A stretch of DNA of 64,000 nucleotides, taken from Candidatus Cloacimonadota bacterium. GTDB lineage: Bacteria; Cloacimonadota; Cloacimonadia; Cloacimonadales; TCS61. Every line of letters begins with the position of its first letter. Positions within the stretch are counted from its first letter, which is position 1. Location: contig JAIPJH010000001.1 of the NCBI GenBank assembly GCA_021734245.1, positions 1,823 through 65,822 on the forward strand, in the 5' to 3' direction. Under the pieces are notes generated by a model. It was not told the origin of the DNA. It saw only the letters and a list, made by a program, of their open reading frames with translations, and ran no database searches. Positions 38,247 through 48,008 of this stretch are shown one piece after another. Both the position numbers and the translations under genes were made by a program.

Positions 38247-40007
38247 TTACACATATTGTTTTCCTTCATATTTTTTATAATTTATAATATTTTTTACATG
38301 GAAGAAAATAAGTTCTTCCAACTCAGGTTCAAATTTTACTTTTTCAAATTCATCAGGAAGAATTTCTGCCATTTCGATTGCTTTCCTGATATTTTTTTTA
38401 TATATTTTTTCAATATCATTAGGTTCTTTTTGTTTGAACTTTTTTGCTTCAAAAACTTTCTCAATATCGAGTTCTATCGGTTTTTCATCATCGCCTGCAG
38501 CCATGTGTTTCCAATCACCGGCTTTCATATCAAAAACATATTGCGGAATGAAGCGATGGGCATATTTAACGGCAAATTTTATAGCTTCGATTATGTATTC
38601 AAATTCATCTTCAGACAAGGCATAATGCAAGTTCAAACGAACCCAACCGGGTTTGATTCCTGAATATCCGACATTTGTTATCATGCAGCGATAATAATTT
38701 GACGTCTGCATTTCGATGTGCATAAGTTTATGTCCGTATGGTCCGGCGCAGGAACAGCCGGCTCGAGTCTGAATTCCAAACAGATCATTCAGAAGTCGTG
38801 TTACAAATTTGGAATGCAGGATTCTGTCGCCATGCACGATGTTGAAGGGAATTATAGGCACCTTCTTTTCCACCTCCTGAGGTCCGTAAAAAAGAATCTT
38901 ATCTTCACATTCAAAAGCTTTTTTGAAATTGGAATAATAATAGTTTTCAATTTTCTCTATCGCTTCCAGCCCAACTTTTTCTTTAACCTGGAATGCGAGT
39001 GAAGTCTTGATAGCCTGCAAAATTCCCGGTGTTCCTGGTTTTTCTCGGGTTTCGATGTCGTGAATATACTCTTCGCCTTCTGGAGAAACGTAATCTACCG
39101 TTCCACCAGCAGCGACGGTGGGAGGAAGTTGTTTCGGATAAATATTTTCATTGAAGATCAGAATTCCCGAACTTCCCGGTCCGCCCAGAAACTTGTGCGG
39201 AGAAAGGTAGATTGCATCAAAATAACTTTCTGCGTCTCGATTCATATCAATCTCTATATAAGGTGCACAAGCAGCAAAATCAAAACAGGCGATTGCTCCG
39301 TTTCTATGCAATATCTTAGCAACTTCGTAAACAGGAGTTTTTAATCCTGAAACATTGGAAGCGGCAGAGAAAGAACCGATCTTGGGGCGATGATCATATT
39401 GGGGATCTGAAACCATCTTTTCCAAAGCATCCAGATCGATCTCTTCGTTCTCATTCATAGGCACTTCCACTACATCACAGAGAGTTTGTCGCCACATAAT
39501 CTCATTGGAATGATGTTCGTATGGCCCCACAAAAACTATCGGTTTATGATTCTTAATGAAATCTTTCAATTCCTTGTTGCATCCAGTTCTGGAAGAATCA
39601 CGTTCCAAGCAGCTATTCAGAAATAGATTTATTTTTTCGCGAGTTGCCGGAGGCCAGTAAACACCTAAAATCTGCTGCAATCTTGTAATACCGCCGGTTG
39701 TGCCCGATTCTGTAAAAATGATTTTTCCGTGTTTTCCTGCATTCACCAATTTCTTGATGTTTTTCTCGGCATCGTGCAAAAGTTCAGTCATGGTTTTGCC
39801 GGTGAAATCATCTTCGGTATGTGTGTTGGCATAATACTGCATAATGTGCATCATATAGTTTTCGATGGAATACAAACAGCGTCCGCTGGCAGTGTAATCG
39901 GCATAAACTAACGGCTTTTCACCAAAAGGAGTTTCAAACATTTTGTTACGACCGATAATATCCTTTCTCAGCCATTCCAGATTTTTGATCAGTTCTTTTG
40001 CTTTCAT
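38247..40007 (-). CDS. aminotransferase class V-fold (fold-type I) PLP-dependent enzyme, cysteine-desulfurase-like, specificity unknown
   Basis: 586 aa with YADYTASG near the N-terminus and SPHKFLGGPGSSGIL (the PLP lysine region). The start overlaps the upstream ATPase stop (ATGA). Confidence 0.65.
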   Translation of the reverse strand: MKAKELIKNLEWLRKDIIGRNKMFETPFGEKPLVYADYTASGRCLYSIENYMMHIMQYYANTHTEDDFTGKTMTELLHDAEKNIKKLVNAGKHGKIIFTESGTTGGITRLQQILGVYWPPATREKINLFLNSCLERDSSRTGCNKELKDFIKNHKPIVFVGPYEHHSNEIMWRQTLCDVVEVPMNENEEIDLDALEKMVSDPQYDHRPKIGSFSAASNVSGLKTPVYEVAKILHRNGAIACFDFAACAPYIEIDMNRDAESYFDAIYLSPHKFLGGPGSSGILIFNENIYPKQLPPTVAAGGTVDYVSPEGEEYIHDIETREKPGTPGILQAIKTSLAFQVKEKVGLEAIEKIENYYYSNFKKAFECEDKILFYGPQEVEKKVPIIPFNIVHGDRILHSKFVTRLLNDLFGIQTRAGCSCAGPYGHKLMHIEMQTSNYYRCMITNVGYSGIKPGWVRLNLHYALSEDEFEYIIEAIKFAVKYAHRFIPQYVFDMKAGDWKHMAAGDDEKPIELDIEKVFEAKKFKQKEPNDIEKIYKKNIRKAIEMAEILPDEFEKVKFEPELEELIFFHVKNIINYKKYEGKQYV

Positions 40008-41155
40008 TTTTGACCTTTATTTAATTTTATTGATTTTAACCATTCCTCAAATACAGGATTCTGAATCTGATAAGTACCATTAGTTTTAATAACAAGGTTT
40101 TTATTAATTAAACTGTTTAATGTAGTTGTTAAAGATGATGTTTGCGGTAAATCATGTTCTTCTCGAAATCTACTTGAAAACAGCTTATTATCTCTTAACC
40201 CAGAAAGAGCATGTAAGGTTCTTCTTTGATTTGAACTTAATTGATCGTAAATATTCTGAAATATCATGGATTGGCTAGCGATAATTCGATTCATCCAAAG
40301 ATCTTCAAAATCGGGGTTATCTTCACTAATTCCCTCATATATCAATTCCCAAACAACAGCTGCAAAATATTGAGTAAAATGTGGATGGTTTCTCGATTTA
40401 GTCAATATTGAGTTTATCGTTATATCTCTGATTTTCAAATTTGTATCGGAAAATCTTTTTGTAATAAATACTCTTAGATCCTCTTTTTTGATAGGATGGA
40501 TAGGTAGTTTGAAACCATATTCATAAAAAGGTGAATTGTAATCGGTAAAAACAAATTCCATCAATGATTTATTGCTTTCCAAAAAAATATATGACACTTT
40601 AGATTGATGTTGGAATTCTGTTCTCATCCAATTTATTAAAAATGGTTTTATTCTTTGGACTTCCTGAAACTCGTCAAAAGCAATACAAATTTTCTTTTGG
40701 GATTTTTCTGCTATCTGCTGAGGTATCTTCAATATCGTTTCAATATCATTAGAATTTTCTAACTGTTTAATTTCAAATGATACAGAAGGTTGACCGAAAT
40801 TGTCGAAAGATATTTTTGGATATAAATTCTTGAAATATTCCCCAATTTTTTGAGATAGTTTTTTAATTTCAGTTCTCCAGTCGAATAAACATTTTGCTAG
40901 TAAAGATGCGTATTTTCGAGCAAATTCATCTAAGGATTCGATTCCGTAAAAATCAAAATAAAGAGTAATGATATCGGGTTCATTAAGCTCTTTAAAAGCT
41001 TTCAGGATCAGTGATGATTTACCATACCGTCTTGGTGAATTGATCCAAAATGATTTAGAGTTGATGATTGCCCTTTTAATCTGCTTCAATTCCTCTGCCC
41101 GGTTACAAAAGTTGTCACCTTCTACAATCTCTCCATATTTAAACGGATTTTCCAT
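40004..41155 (-). CDS. P-loop ATPase (archaeal-ATPase/AAA-like family) with C-terminal winged-helix-like region
   Basis: Walker A SPRRYGKSSL and Walker B-like ICIAFDEFQ. The start is set at the ATG after AGGAGGGGG; the track begins 8 codons upstream at a TTG. Confidence 0.6.
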   Translation of the reverse strand: MENPFKYGEIVEGDNFCNRAEELKQIKRAIINSKSFWINSPRRYGKSSLILKAFKELNEPDIITLYFDFYGIESLDEFARKYASLLAKCLFDWRTEIKKLSQKIGEYFKNLYPKISFDNFGQPSVSFEIKQLENSNDIETILKIPQQIAEKSQKKICIAFDEFQEVQRIKPFLINWMRTEFQHQSKVSYIFLESNKSLMEFVFTDYNSPFYEYGFKLPIHPIKKEDLRVFITKRFSDTNLKIRDITINSILTKSRNHPHFTQYFAAVVWELIYEGISEDNPDFEDLWMNRIIASQSMIFQNIYDQLSSNQRRTLHALSGLRDNKLFSSRFREEHDLPQTSSLTTTLNSLINKNLVIKTNGTYQIQNPVFEEWLKSIKLNKGQK

Positions 41156-41172
41156 ACCCCCTCCTAATTCAG

Positions 41173-41243
41173 GTCGCAATATTGCGACTCGTTATTTAGC
41201 GACCTATGTATTACGCCAAACTGCGTTGCGCATTTTTGCGCAA
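41173..41243. promoter_or_regulatory. cluster of operator-like palindromes upstream of the ATPase/PLP operon
   Basis: Perfect 16-bp palindrome GTCGCAATATTGCGAC (41173..41188), nested AGGTCGC...GCGACCT, and TTGCGCA-TTTT-TGCGCAA (41226..41243). Confidence 0.4.
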
Positions 41244-41285
41244 TATGAAAATCCGTCAATTCTATTCTAAAGAAATTTTCTTTTT

Positions 41286-41663
41286 TCATTTCACTGCTAT
41301 CGCTTCAATTTCAACTTTAGCACCTAAGGGAAGTTTAACGACTTCAAAAGCAGCACGAGCAGGAAAATCTTTTGTAAAGTAGGATGCATAAACTTCGTTC
41401 ATGGCGGCAAAATCATTCATATCTGCCAGATAAACAGTCGCTTTTACAATGTTTTCGTAACTTAACCCAGCTTTTTTCAAGATTGCTCCGATATTTTTGA
41501 AAACCTGTTTGGTTTGTTCCTTCACATCATCAGATACAAATTTACCAGTTTCAGGATTGATAGGAATCTGCCCGGAAATGAAGAGCAGATCACCAGCCCA
41601 CACAGCCTGAGAATAAGGTCCCACAGCCTGCGGAGCGTTTTGGGTTGAGATTGTTTTTTTCAT
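41286..41663 (-). CDS. ridA: RidA-family reactive enamine/imine deaminase
   Basis: 125 aa, reading [12 protein letters not shown]...LFISGQIP...[21 protein letters not shown]. Confidence 0.88.
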   Translation of the reverse strand: MKKTISTQNAPQAVGPYSQAVWAGDLLFISGQIPINPETGKFVSDDVKEQTKQVFKNIGAILKKAGLSYENIVKATVYLADMNDFAAMNEVYASYFTKDFPARAAFEVVKLPLGAKVEIEAIAVK

Positions 41664-41743
41664 TTTATCCTCTTATTTTTCTATCCTTGAAAAGGCTTCT
41701 TTCACATTCTCTTCTCACATTACATTTTCAAGGCTGTTTTCAA

Positions 41744-41797
41744 CTCTGAAAGTCTCAACTGCAAGAATCAGTGAAAGAGAGCTTTTCAGAGTTTTTT
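41744..41797. repeat. hairpin repeat related to family R3 (loop AACTGCAAG), with a T-run on the plus strand
   Basis: CTCTGAAAGTCTC - AACTGCAAGAATCAGTGAAA - GAGAGCTTTTCAGAG, then TTTTTT. Confidence 0.6.
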
Positions 41798-41867
41798 CCC
41801 AACAGTTTCCTCCAGCCGTCTCTGAGCTATGGCCTGGCAGGCAGAAAGACGATTAAAGTTTTTCATT

Positions 41868-42692
41868 TTAAAAGTTGCTCTCAATATATTCCACAATATT
41901 CCTGAATATCTTCAACCCTTCCCCATCTTCACTGATATCGGGATTATTTCTCTTTATTTGTCCCCAGTTGGGATGATTATATAAACTCAAAAAAGCTTCG
42001 GGATGCGGCATCAGACCAAAAACCTGTCCAGTGTCGTTGGTCAATCCGGCACAATTCAAAGCGGAACCATTGGGATTAAGCGGATATTCATCAGTTACGT
42101 TTCCATCCGCATCGCAATAATTCAAGCAGTTCAAATCTTTCTCCATGATTGCTTTTTCGATTTTTCCATCTTTAATGATCAGTTTTCCTTCACCATGCCG
42201 CACCGGAACGGGTAGAATATCAATTCCATGCAAAAACGGAGTTTTGTTTTCAGGATTAACTTTGCAGTAAACCCAGCGATCTTCAAACTTAGCAGAATTA
42301 TTCCTTGTAAGAGTTACCTCCTGCTGCCAGCTTCCTGATACATCGGGCAGAAGTCCCATCTTTACCAGAAATTGGAATCCGTTACAAACACCCAGAATGA
42401 ATTTCCCATCATCCAGGAACTTTTTGATCTCAGCCATGAATTGATGTCCATCTGCCATTTTCTTGAATTTCATTTTATTGGAGAGAACTTTTCCCGAACC
42501 CAGATCATCACCGAAAGCAAATCCACCCGGAAAATTCAAAACATCAAAATCCTGAATGCTGATCTTTCCTGCAAAGACATCGTTCAAATGGCAAATTATG
42601 GTATCCGCTCCAGCCAGTTTATAGGCTGCTGCCATCTCCTCTTCGCAATTTATTCCAAAACCTGTTATTATTAACGCTTTAACTTTTTTCAT
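41868..42692 (-). CDS. purQ: phosphoribosylformylglycinamidine synthase, glutaminase subunit
   Basis: 274 aa with GVCNGFQFL (nucleophile elbow) and MPHPE (His/Glu). Confidence 0.88.
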   Translation of the reverse strand: MKKVKALIITGFGINCEEEMAAAYKLAGADTIICHLNDVFAGKISIQDFDVLNFPGGFAFGDDLGSGKVLSNKMKFKKMADGHQFMAEIKKFLDDGKFILGVCNGFQFLVKMGLLPDVSGSWQQEVTLTRNNSAKFEDRWVYCKVNPENKTPFLHGIDILPVPVRHGEGKLIIKDGKIEKAIMEKDLNCLNYCDADGNVTDEYPLNPNGSALNCAGLTNDTGQVFGLMPHPEAFLSLYNHPNWGQIKRNNPDISEDGEGLKIFRNIVEYIESNF

Positions 42693-42749
42693 AATTTCCT
42701 TTTGTAACTCAAAGCTCCGACTTTGAGTTACGCAAACAGGATGTTTGAG

Positions 42750-45737
42750 TTACATAAGTCCTCTTTCCCAAGCTGTTCTTAGTTTATTCATTTCTATATA
42801 AATAACTTCTTTGTTTCTGTATTTCATTATCATTTTTTCTTCGCTTGTTACTTTTCCCAAAAGAGTCGCTTCATTTTCGAAAAGTTCTTCAAATTTGTTT
42901 TTATTTTCAGGTTTTATACTGCAGATAAATCGGGAATGCGACTCAGAGAAAAGTATAGCGTTTAAATCCAGTTCAGAAAATATATCCAAATTGATTTCTG
43001 CTCCGAAACCACCTCCAAAGGCAGATTCTGTAAGAGCTACAGCCAATCCGCCATCCGAGATGTCATGGTTAGATTCGATCAGATTCTGCTCATTTGCTTG
43101 CATCACTTTTTCATAAATTCGTTTAGCATCATCCTTTCTAACTATCGGAACGTTTTCACCCAGTTCATCGAACAGGCGATAAAACTCGGAAGCACCAATT
43201 TCGTTATAAGTTGTTCCGATCTGATAGATCAAATCTCCTTCCGCTTTGAAATCGCTGGTCACGGTTTGGCGAACATCATCCACTTTTGCCACCATTGAAT
43301 AGAGAATTGTGGGCGGTACGGAAATCTTAATGTCACCGGCTTTGAAATCATTCTTCATGCTATCCTTGCCGGAAGTCATGGGAATATTATAGAAGGTGGA
43401 CATATCGAAAAGTGCCTGGTTCATCTGTACCAGTTTTGCCAGCTTCAATTTGCCATCGGGATTTGTAACAGGATCGTAAGCAGAATCGGGAACGCAGAAG
43501 TTATCGTTAACCGTCCAGAAACGATTAGTTTTATCTTCCGGATCGGGCAGTTTTCCACCCACTGCAATTATCTGCCGGATCGCTTCATCAAAAGCTCCGG
43601 CACTCATCTGATAAGCATCTATATCGCTGTAGCGGGGTAGAATGCCATTGGAAACAGCAATTCCTGTAAAGTTATCAAAATTTATTCTCATCACAGCTGC
43701 GTCCTGCGGAGCTTTTCCTGCCGGTCCCATCAAAGGTTTGATCGTTGTTTTGCCCTTCACTTCATGATCGTATTGCCGGATCACATTTTCCCGGGAACAG
43801 ATATTCAAGCTGCCCATCAATCTTTCCAGGATTTCGTTGTAATCCAGATTTTTTGGAAGTTGTGGCTCATGCAAATCAGGTTTTTCCCAGACGGCTTCCA
43901 TATATTTTCTGGGAACTCCATCATGCAGGAAATCCATATCCAGATAAGCAACTGATTTCCCATCAAAACGTACATCGATAAAGCCATCATCTGTGAAATT
44001 ACCAATTTCGGAAAGTTCCACTTCACGCTCTTTTGCCAATGCAAAGAGTTCTTCTTTATTATCATCAGTAACCACAAAAGTCATCCGTTCCTGAGATTCG
44101 GAAATAAAGATCTCCCAGGGTTTTAGATTCGCATATTTCAGGGGAACTTTTTCCAGATTTACAACTGCACCACCGGAAATTGTAGCAAGTTCTCCTACAG
44201 ATGAAGAAAGTCCCCCGGCACCATTATCTGTAGAACATTTTATCAAACCCTGCTGCACGGCTTCCTGCATGAAATCACTTACCAGCTTCTGAGTAATGGG
44301 ACTGCCGATCTGAACGGCTGATTGCGGTGAATGCTCATCGATCTCGGCTGAAGAAAAGGTAGCACCATGAATTCCGTCTTTGCCCACGCGGCCACCAGCC
44401 ATGATGATCAAATCTCCGGCAGCGATCGGTTTAAGCCAGGAATTCATGCCATTTAATTTGTAGGGCATCACTCCGCCAGTACCGCAATAAACCAGCGGCT
44501 TGCCGCTGTAGCGATCATCAAAAATGATCGAGCCGTTCACAGTGGGAATGCCAGATTTATTGCCGCCATCTTCTATGCCGTGCCGCACGCCTTCCATAAT
44601 TCTGCGAGGATGCAATTGACCGGGAAGCAATTCTTTATCGTAATATGGAGAACCAAAACAAAGTACATTTGTATTAAAAAGCAACTTTCCACCGCCGATG
44701 CCTGTTCCCAGCGGATCACGGTTATTGCCCAGAATGCCGGTGATCGCTCCGCCGTAGGGATCGATGGCAGAAGGCGAATTGTGGGTTTCCACTTTCCAAA
44801 CGAAAACGTTTTCATCATCAATTTTCACAACGCCGGCATTATCGGTAAATATCTTGAGTAGCCAGTTATTTCCTGATTTTTCTAATCTTTCCCTCACTAT
44901 TTCGGTTGATCTGCGAATATAAGTTTTAAACAGGGAATCGATCTTTAATTTTTCTCCAGTTACTTTGTTTTCATAATCTATGGTAGCGGCAAATTCTTTG
45001 TGTTTGCAATGTTCACTCCAGGTTTGTGCCAGCACTTCCAGTTCGCAATCGGTGGGGTTTTCAGGCAGTTCTTTTTCCTTTCGATATGTTTTCACTTTCC
45101 CATCTGTAAAATGAGCCTGGATCGCTTTCATCTCTTCCAAATTTAATGAAAGTAACATATCTTTGGAAAGTTTCATCAGTTCTTCATCAGAAACGTTAAG
45201 ATCAATGATCTTTACCTGCTCATCGGAAGCAATCTTCACTTCCGGAACATAATCTATCCTACCCGTAAATTTACCAAATTCAAAATGATGAATGAGTTTA
45301 TTGCCAAGTTGCTTTTCGGCAAGTTCCTTTAATTCTGTGTTATTTAAATCGTTTTCAAATAAATAGATATCTTCTGTGTAAATATGCTGAGTATTTACAT
45401 CCAGATTAATATCGAGGATATCGTTCAAAGTTTTCTGAGCTGACACTCCTTCATCATCGGTTACGCCGGGCATCTTTGCAGCCAGAACAAACGTTTTGAA
45501 ACGATCATTCTGATAAAACGAATTGATGTAAACATCGTGAATGATCTCATCTTTCAGACCAAGATTAGCGAACTTTTCAATATCTTGCTTGGGAAGATCG
45601 TGCATCACGTTGAAGATCTTGCCGGTTTTCACTTTTCCAGTATCGATGTTCAGGAAAGCTTTTGCAGCATTTTGCACCTGCTCTCCCTGTACATCTCTTA
45701 TTCTTTCTTTTAAAACTAATTGAATCTGATTTTTCAA
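42750..45737 (-). CDS. purL: phosphoribosylformylglycinamidine synthase, synthetase component with N-terminal PurS-like domain (PurSL)
   Basis: 995 aa with duplicated AIRS/AIRS_C domains (ETHNSPSAIDPYGGA...). Together with PurQ it matches the length of single-chain large PurL. Confidence 0.9.
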   Translation of the reverse strand: MKNQIQLVLKERIRDVQGEQVQNAAKAFLNIDTGKVKTGKIFNVMHDLPKQDIEKFANLGLKDEIIHDVYINSFYQNDRFKTFVLAAKMPGVTDDEGVSAQKTLNDILDINLDVNTQHIYTEDIYLFENDLNNTELKELAEKQLGNKLIHHFEFGKFTGRIDYVPEVKIASDEQVKIIDLNVSDEELMKLSKDMLLSLNLEEMKAIQAHFTDGKVKTYRKEKELPENPTDCELEVLAQTWSEHCKHKEFAATIDYENKVTGEKLKIDSLFKTYIRRSTEIVRERLEKSGNNWLLKIFTDNAGVVKIDDENVFVWKVETHNSPSAIDPYGGAITGILGNNRDPLGTGIGGGKLLFNTNVLCFGSPYYDKELLPGQLHPRRIMEGVRHGIEDGGNKSGIPTVNGSIIFDDRYSGKPLVYCGTGGVMPYKLNGMNSWLKPIAAGDLIIMAGGRVGKDGIHGATFSSAEIDEHSPQSAVQIGSPITQKLVSDFMQEAVQQGLIKCSTDNGAGGLSSSVGELATISGGAVVNLEKVPLKYANLKPWEIFISESQERMTFVVTDDNKEELFALAKEREVELSEIGNFTDDGFIDVRFDGKSVAYLDMDFLHDGVPRKYMEAVWEKPDLHEPQLPKNLDYNEILERLMGSLNICSRENVIRQYDHEVKGKTTIKPLMGPAGKAPQDAAVMRINFDNFTGIAVSNGILPRYSDIDAYQMSAGAFDEAIRQIIAVGGKLPDPEDKTNRFWTVNDNFCVPDSAYDPVTNPDGKLKLAKLVQMNQALFDMSTFYNIPMTSGKDSMKNDFKAGDIKISVPPTILYSMVAKVDDVRQTVTSDFKAEGDLIYQIGTTYNEIGASEFYRLFDELGENVPIVRKDDAKRIYEKVMQANEQNLIESNHDISDGGLAVALTESAFGGGFGAEINLDIFSELDLNAILFSESHSRFICSIKPENKNKFEELFENEATLLGKVTSEEKMIMKYRNKEVIYIEMNKLRTAWERGLM

Positions 45738-45750
45738 ATTCTCTCCATCT

Positions 45751-47991
45751 TTATTTCATTAAAATCATTTTTTTTGTAATTGTATCATTTCCTGTTTTCA
45801 AGCTTACAAAATAGATTCCGCTGGAAACAGGTTGGTCGTTATCATCAGTTCCGTTCCAAACGATTTGCTGATCTGACGATTGATTGATTTGAAGATTTGA
45901 AAAGGTTCTGATTTTTTGTCCTTTCAGGTTATAGATTGCGATGGTGGCAAACGAGGAAGTTTGCGTTACATTAAAGCTGATTGTCGTAGTAGGATTGAAT
46001 GGATTGGGAAAGTTGGAAAGTGATATTTTTTGATTATCAGGAAGATCATTCCCGGCTGAAGAATTATCGTATTCATAAAGCTTAACTGAACCGGAAAGCC
46101 AGACTGGATTATTCAGATTATTAAAATTATCCCAGAATCCATACCAGCTTTCATTTGTTGGAACATCAAAAGAAGCTGAACCAGACTGCATCTCTAAAAT
46201 TTCATTGAACGTTTCGAAATTTCCACCCATTGTATAAATTTGATAATAAAGATCATCGGTCATAAAGAAGTTGACAACACCACCATCTTTTGCTGCATAA
46301 AACTCTGTATCATCTATATCATCAAAAATGAAATCTCCATGAATTATCTGTTTTAATACATCGTATTCAAATACCATTTGATAATCTTGTTCAGGATCAG
46401 CAGGAGTCGGAATTTGTGTATATTCGATATTCGGCATTTCACCATCTGCGATAAACACATATTCATATTCTTCACCGTTTATCGTATTATCGATCAATAA
46501 ACTGTATTCATCTGGATTTACAGGATCATCTCCAATGGAAGATTCCATTCTGGCATAAAATGATCTTCCTTCTCCGACGATGAAAACATATTTTCCATCT
46601 TCATCGGTATAACCAAAGTTATCATAAACTAAGCCGGGATCAGTTATTTTCAATATTATCTTTGCACCATCAATAGGATTGCCGTTAATATCTTCGGCAT
46701 AAACAGTTATCGTAGCATGTTCTTCTGAATATCTGTCTGTAACCGGCAAAAGCAGACCATCACTGCGAATTTCGAATACCGAACCGAAAACCTTGCCCCA
46801 GCCGTTTTCATAAACCAGTGGAATATTGATATAGCCATTTACAGGTTCCCACATGATCCAGCCTTCGTTCCAAAATTCGTTCCAGGTATGATCTCCAGAA
46901 TAGCTGAGAACACTTGAGCAGGGAATTAATGCAGAGCGCGCAGCAGCTGAAGTGAGATCGGCATATTCACCACATCTTCCAAAATGCTTACGATAAATCC
47001 TGACGGGTTGATGCGGACGTTCATAATTGGAAGTGAAACTCATGGATGCATTTATCCAATTTGTTACTTTATTTATAGCAGTATCAGTTGTTCCGCCGGA
47101 TTCATCCCATAAAACAGAAATTCCGGAAAGTTCATCTCGCAGAACTGGATAATTCATATCAGCCTGATTAAACAAAAAATCTCGCCAGAATCTGCCAACT
47201 GGAGGTGCTACAATATTATTTTGATGCGTGTTATTATCTTCCACTATTTCAGGATCGACATATGATGATATCGCATCCGTTATTTTGGGATGAACGATAT
47301 ACATGTAGTAAATTTCTTTGGGAATTTCAAATTCGACCGTATCACCATTTTCATCGATTTTCCAATATTTAGCCGTTGAATAATAGTTTTCATCTGTTGT
47401 CGATGTTCCATAATCAACAATTTGTACAAAATCCAGATTCAGATCGGCCACAAAAAGCAGCATTGCATTATAATCGAATAATTCAGGATAACAAAAATCG
47501 GAACTGAGAAACTGAACTGATGAATGAGCGATTGCAAATGCTATCTCATCAATATGGGGATCATAAGAATTGTTGATTACTGCTGCAAGTTCATTCTGTG
47601 TATCTGTATCTAATTGAGTAAATTTATTCTGTAAAGCCGGCCTCAGCCATTTGGGACTCTTTTCCAAAGCTGCCAGAGCATCCGAGGTTAAAAGATCCAG
47701 AAAGTTCGAAACAACATTGATCTGACTTGAAATGTGATCAAATCTGGCACCCAGAAGATCACCATTATTCAAAATCGCTTCCAGATCAAGAGAATCAACT
47801 AATACCCAGCCTTCACGATTTGTTTCGTTATGATCCTTTTCAAAATTCCGATCATAATCTTCCTTGGAAATTGTTTTGGCAGGTTTTCCCTTAATATCAT
47901 TCCCTGCGGGAAGATAATTTGTAAGCCCATTTTCTGCGATTAATGCTACTGTAAAAATCAATAAAAAAACCAAAATAATACAACGTTTCAT
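45751..47991 (-). CDS. secreted transglutaminase-like protein with T9SS C-terminal sorting domain
   Basis: Signal peptide. Transglutaminase core GRCGEYADL...GDHTWNEFW. C-terminus FPNPFNPTTTISFNV...IAIYNLKGQKIRTF...KKMILMK. Confidence 0.7.
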   Translation of the reverse strand: MKRCIILVFLLIFTVALIAENGLTNYLPAGNDIKGKPAKTISKEDYDRNFEKDHNETNREGWVLVDSLDLEAILNNGDLLGARFDHISSQINVVSNFLDLLTSDALAALEKSPKWLRPALQNKFTQLDTDTQNELAAVINNSYDPHIDEIAFAIAHSSVQFLSSDFCYPELFDYNAMLLFVADLNLDFVQIVDYGTSTTDENYYSTAKYWKIDENGDTVEFEIPKEIYYMYIVHPKITDAISSYVDPEIVEDNNTHQNNIVAPPVGRFWRDFLFNQADMNYPVLRDELSGISVLWDESGGTTDTAINKVTNWINASMSFTSNYERPHQPVRIYRKHFGRCGEYADLTSAAARSALIPCSSVLSYSGDHTWNEFWNEGWIMWEPVNGYINIPLVYENGWGKVFGSVFEIRSDGLLLPVTDRYSEEHATITVYAEDINGNPIDGAKIILKITDPGLVYDNFGYTDEDGKYVFIVGEGRSFYARMESSIGDDPVNPDEYSLLIDNTINGEEYEYVFIADGEMPNIEYTQIPTPADPEQDYQMVFEYDVLKQIIHGDFIFDDIDDTEFYAAKDGGVVNFFMTDDLYYQIYTMGGNFETFNEILEMQSGSASFDVPTNESWYGFWDNFNNLNNPVWLSGSVKLYEYDNSSAGNDLPDNQKISLSNFPNPFNPTTTISFNVTQTSSFATIAIYNLKGQKIRTFSNLQINQSSDQQIVWNGTDDNDQPVSSGIYFVSLKTGNDTITKKMILMK

Positions 47992-48008
47992 CTTCCCTCC
48001 AAAAAAAT

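Noticed and set aside
38078-38269. Track ORFs 38078..38269, 53755..53940, 55253..55567, 48157..48486, 61631..61840 and 18400..18699, which look like small proteins (e.g. ...SPLEGG..., ...PPYEGG...).
   Set aside because: They are translations of the GC-rich hairpin or palindromic repeats. The same DNA appears in both orientations and in different frames elsewhere, and there are no ribosome-binding sites. I treat them as non-coding repeat sequence.
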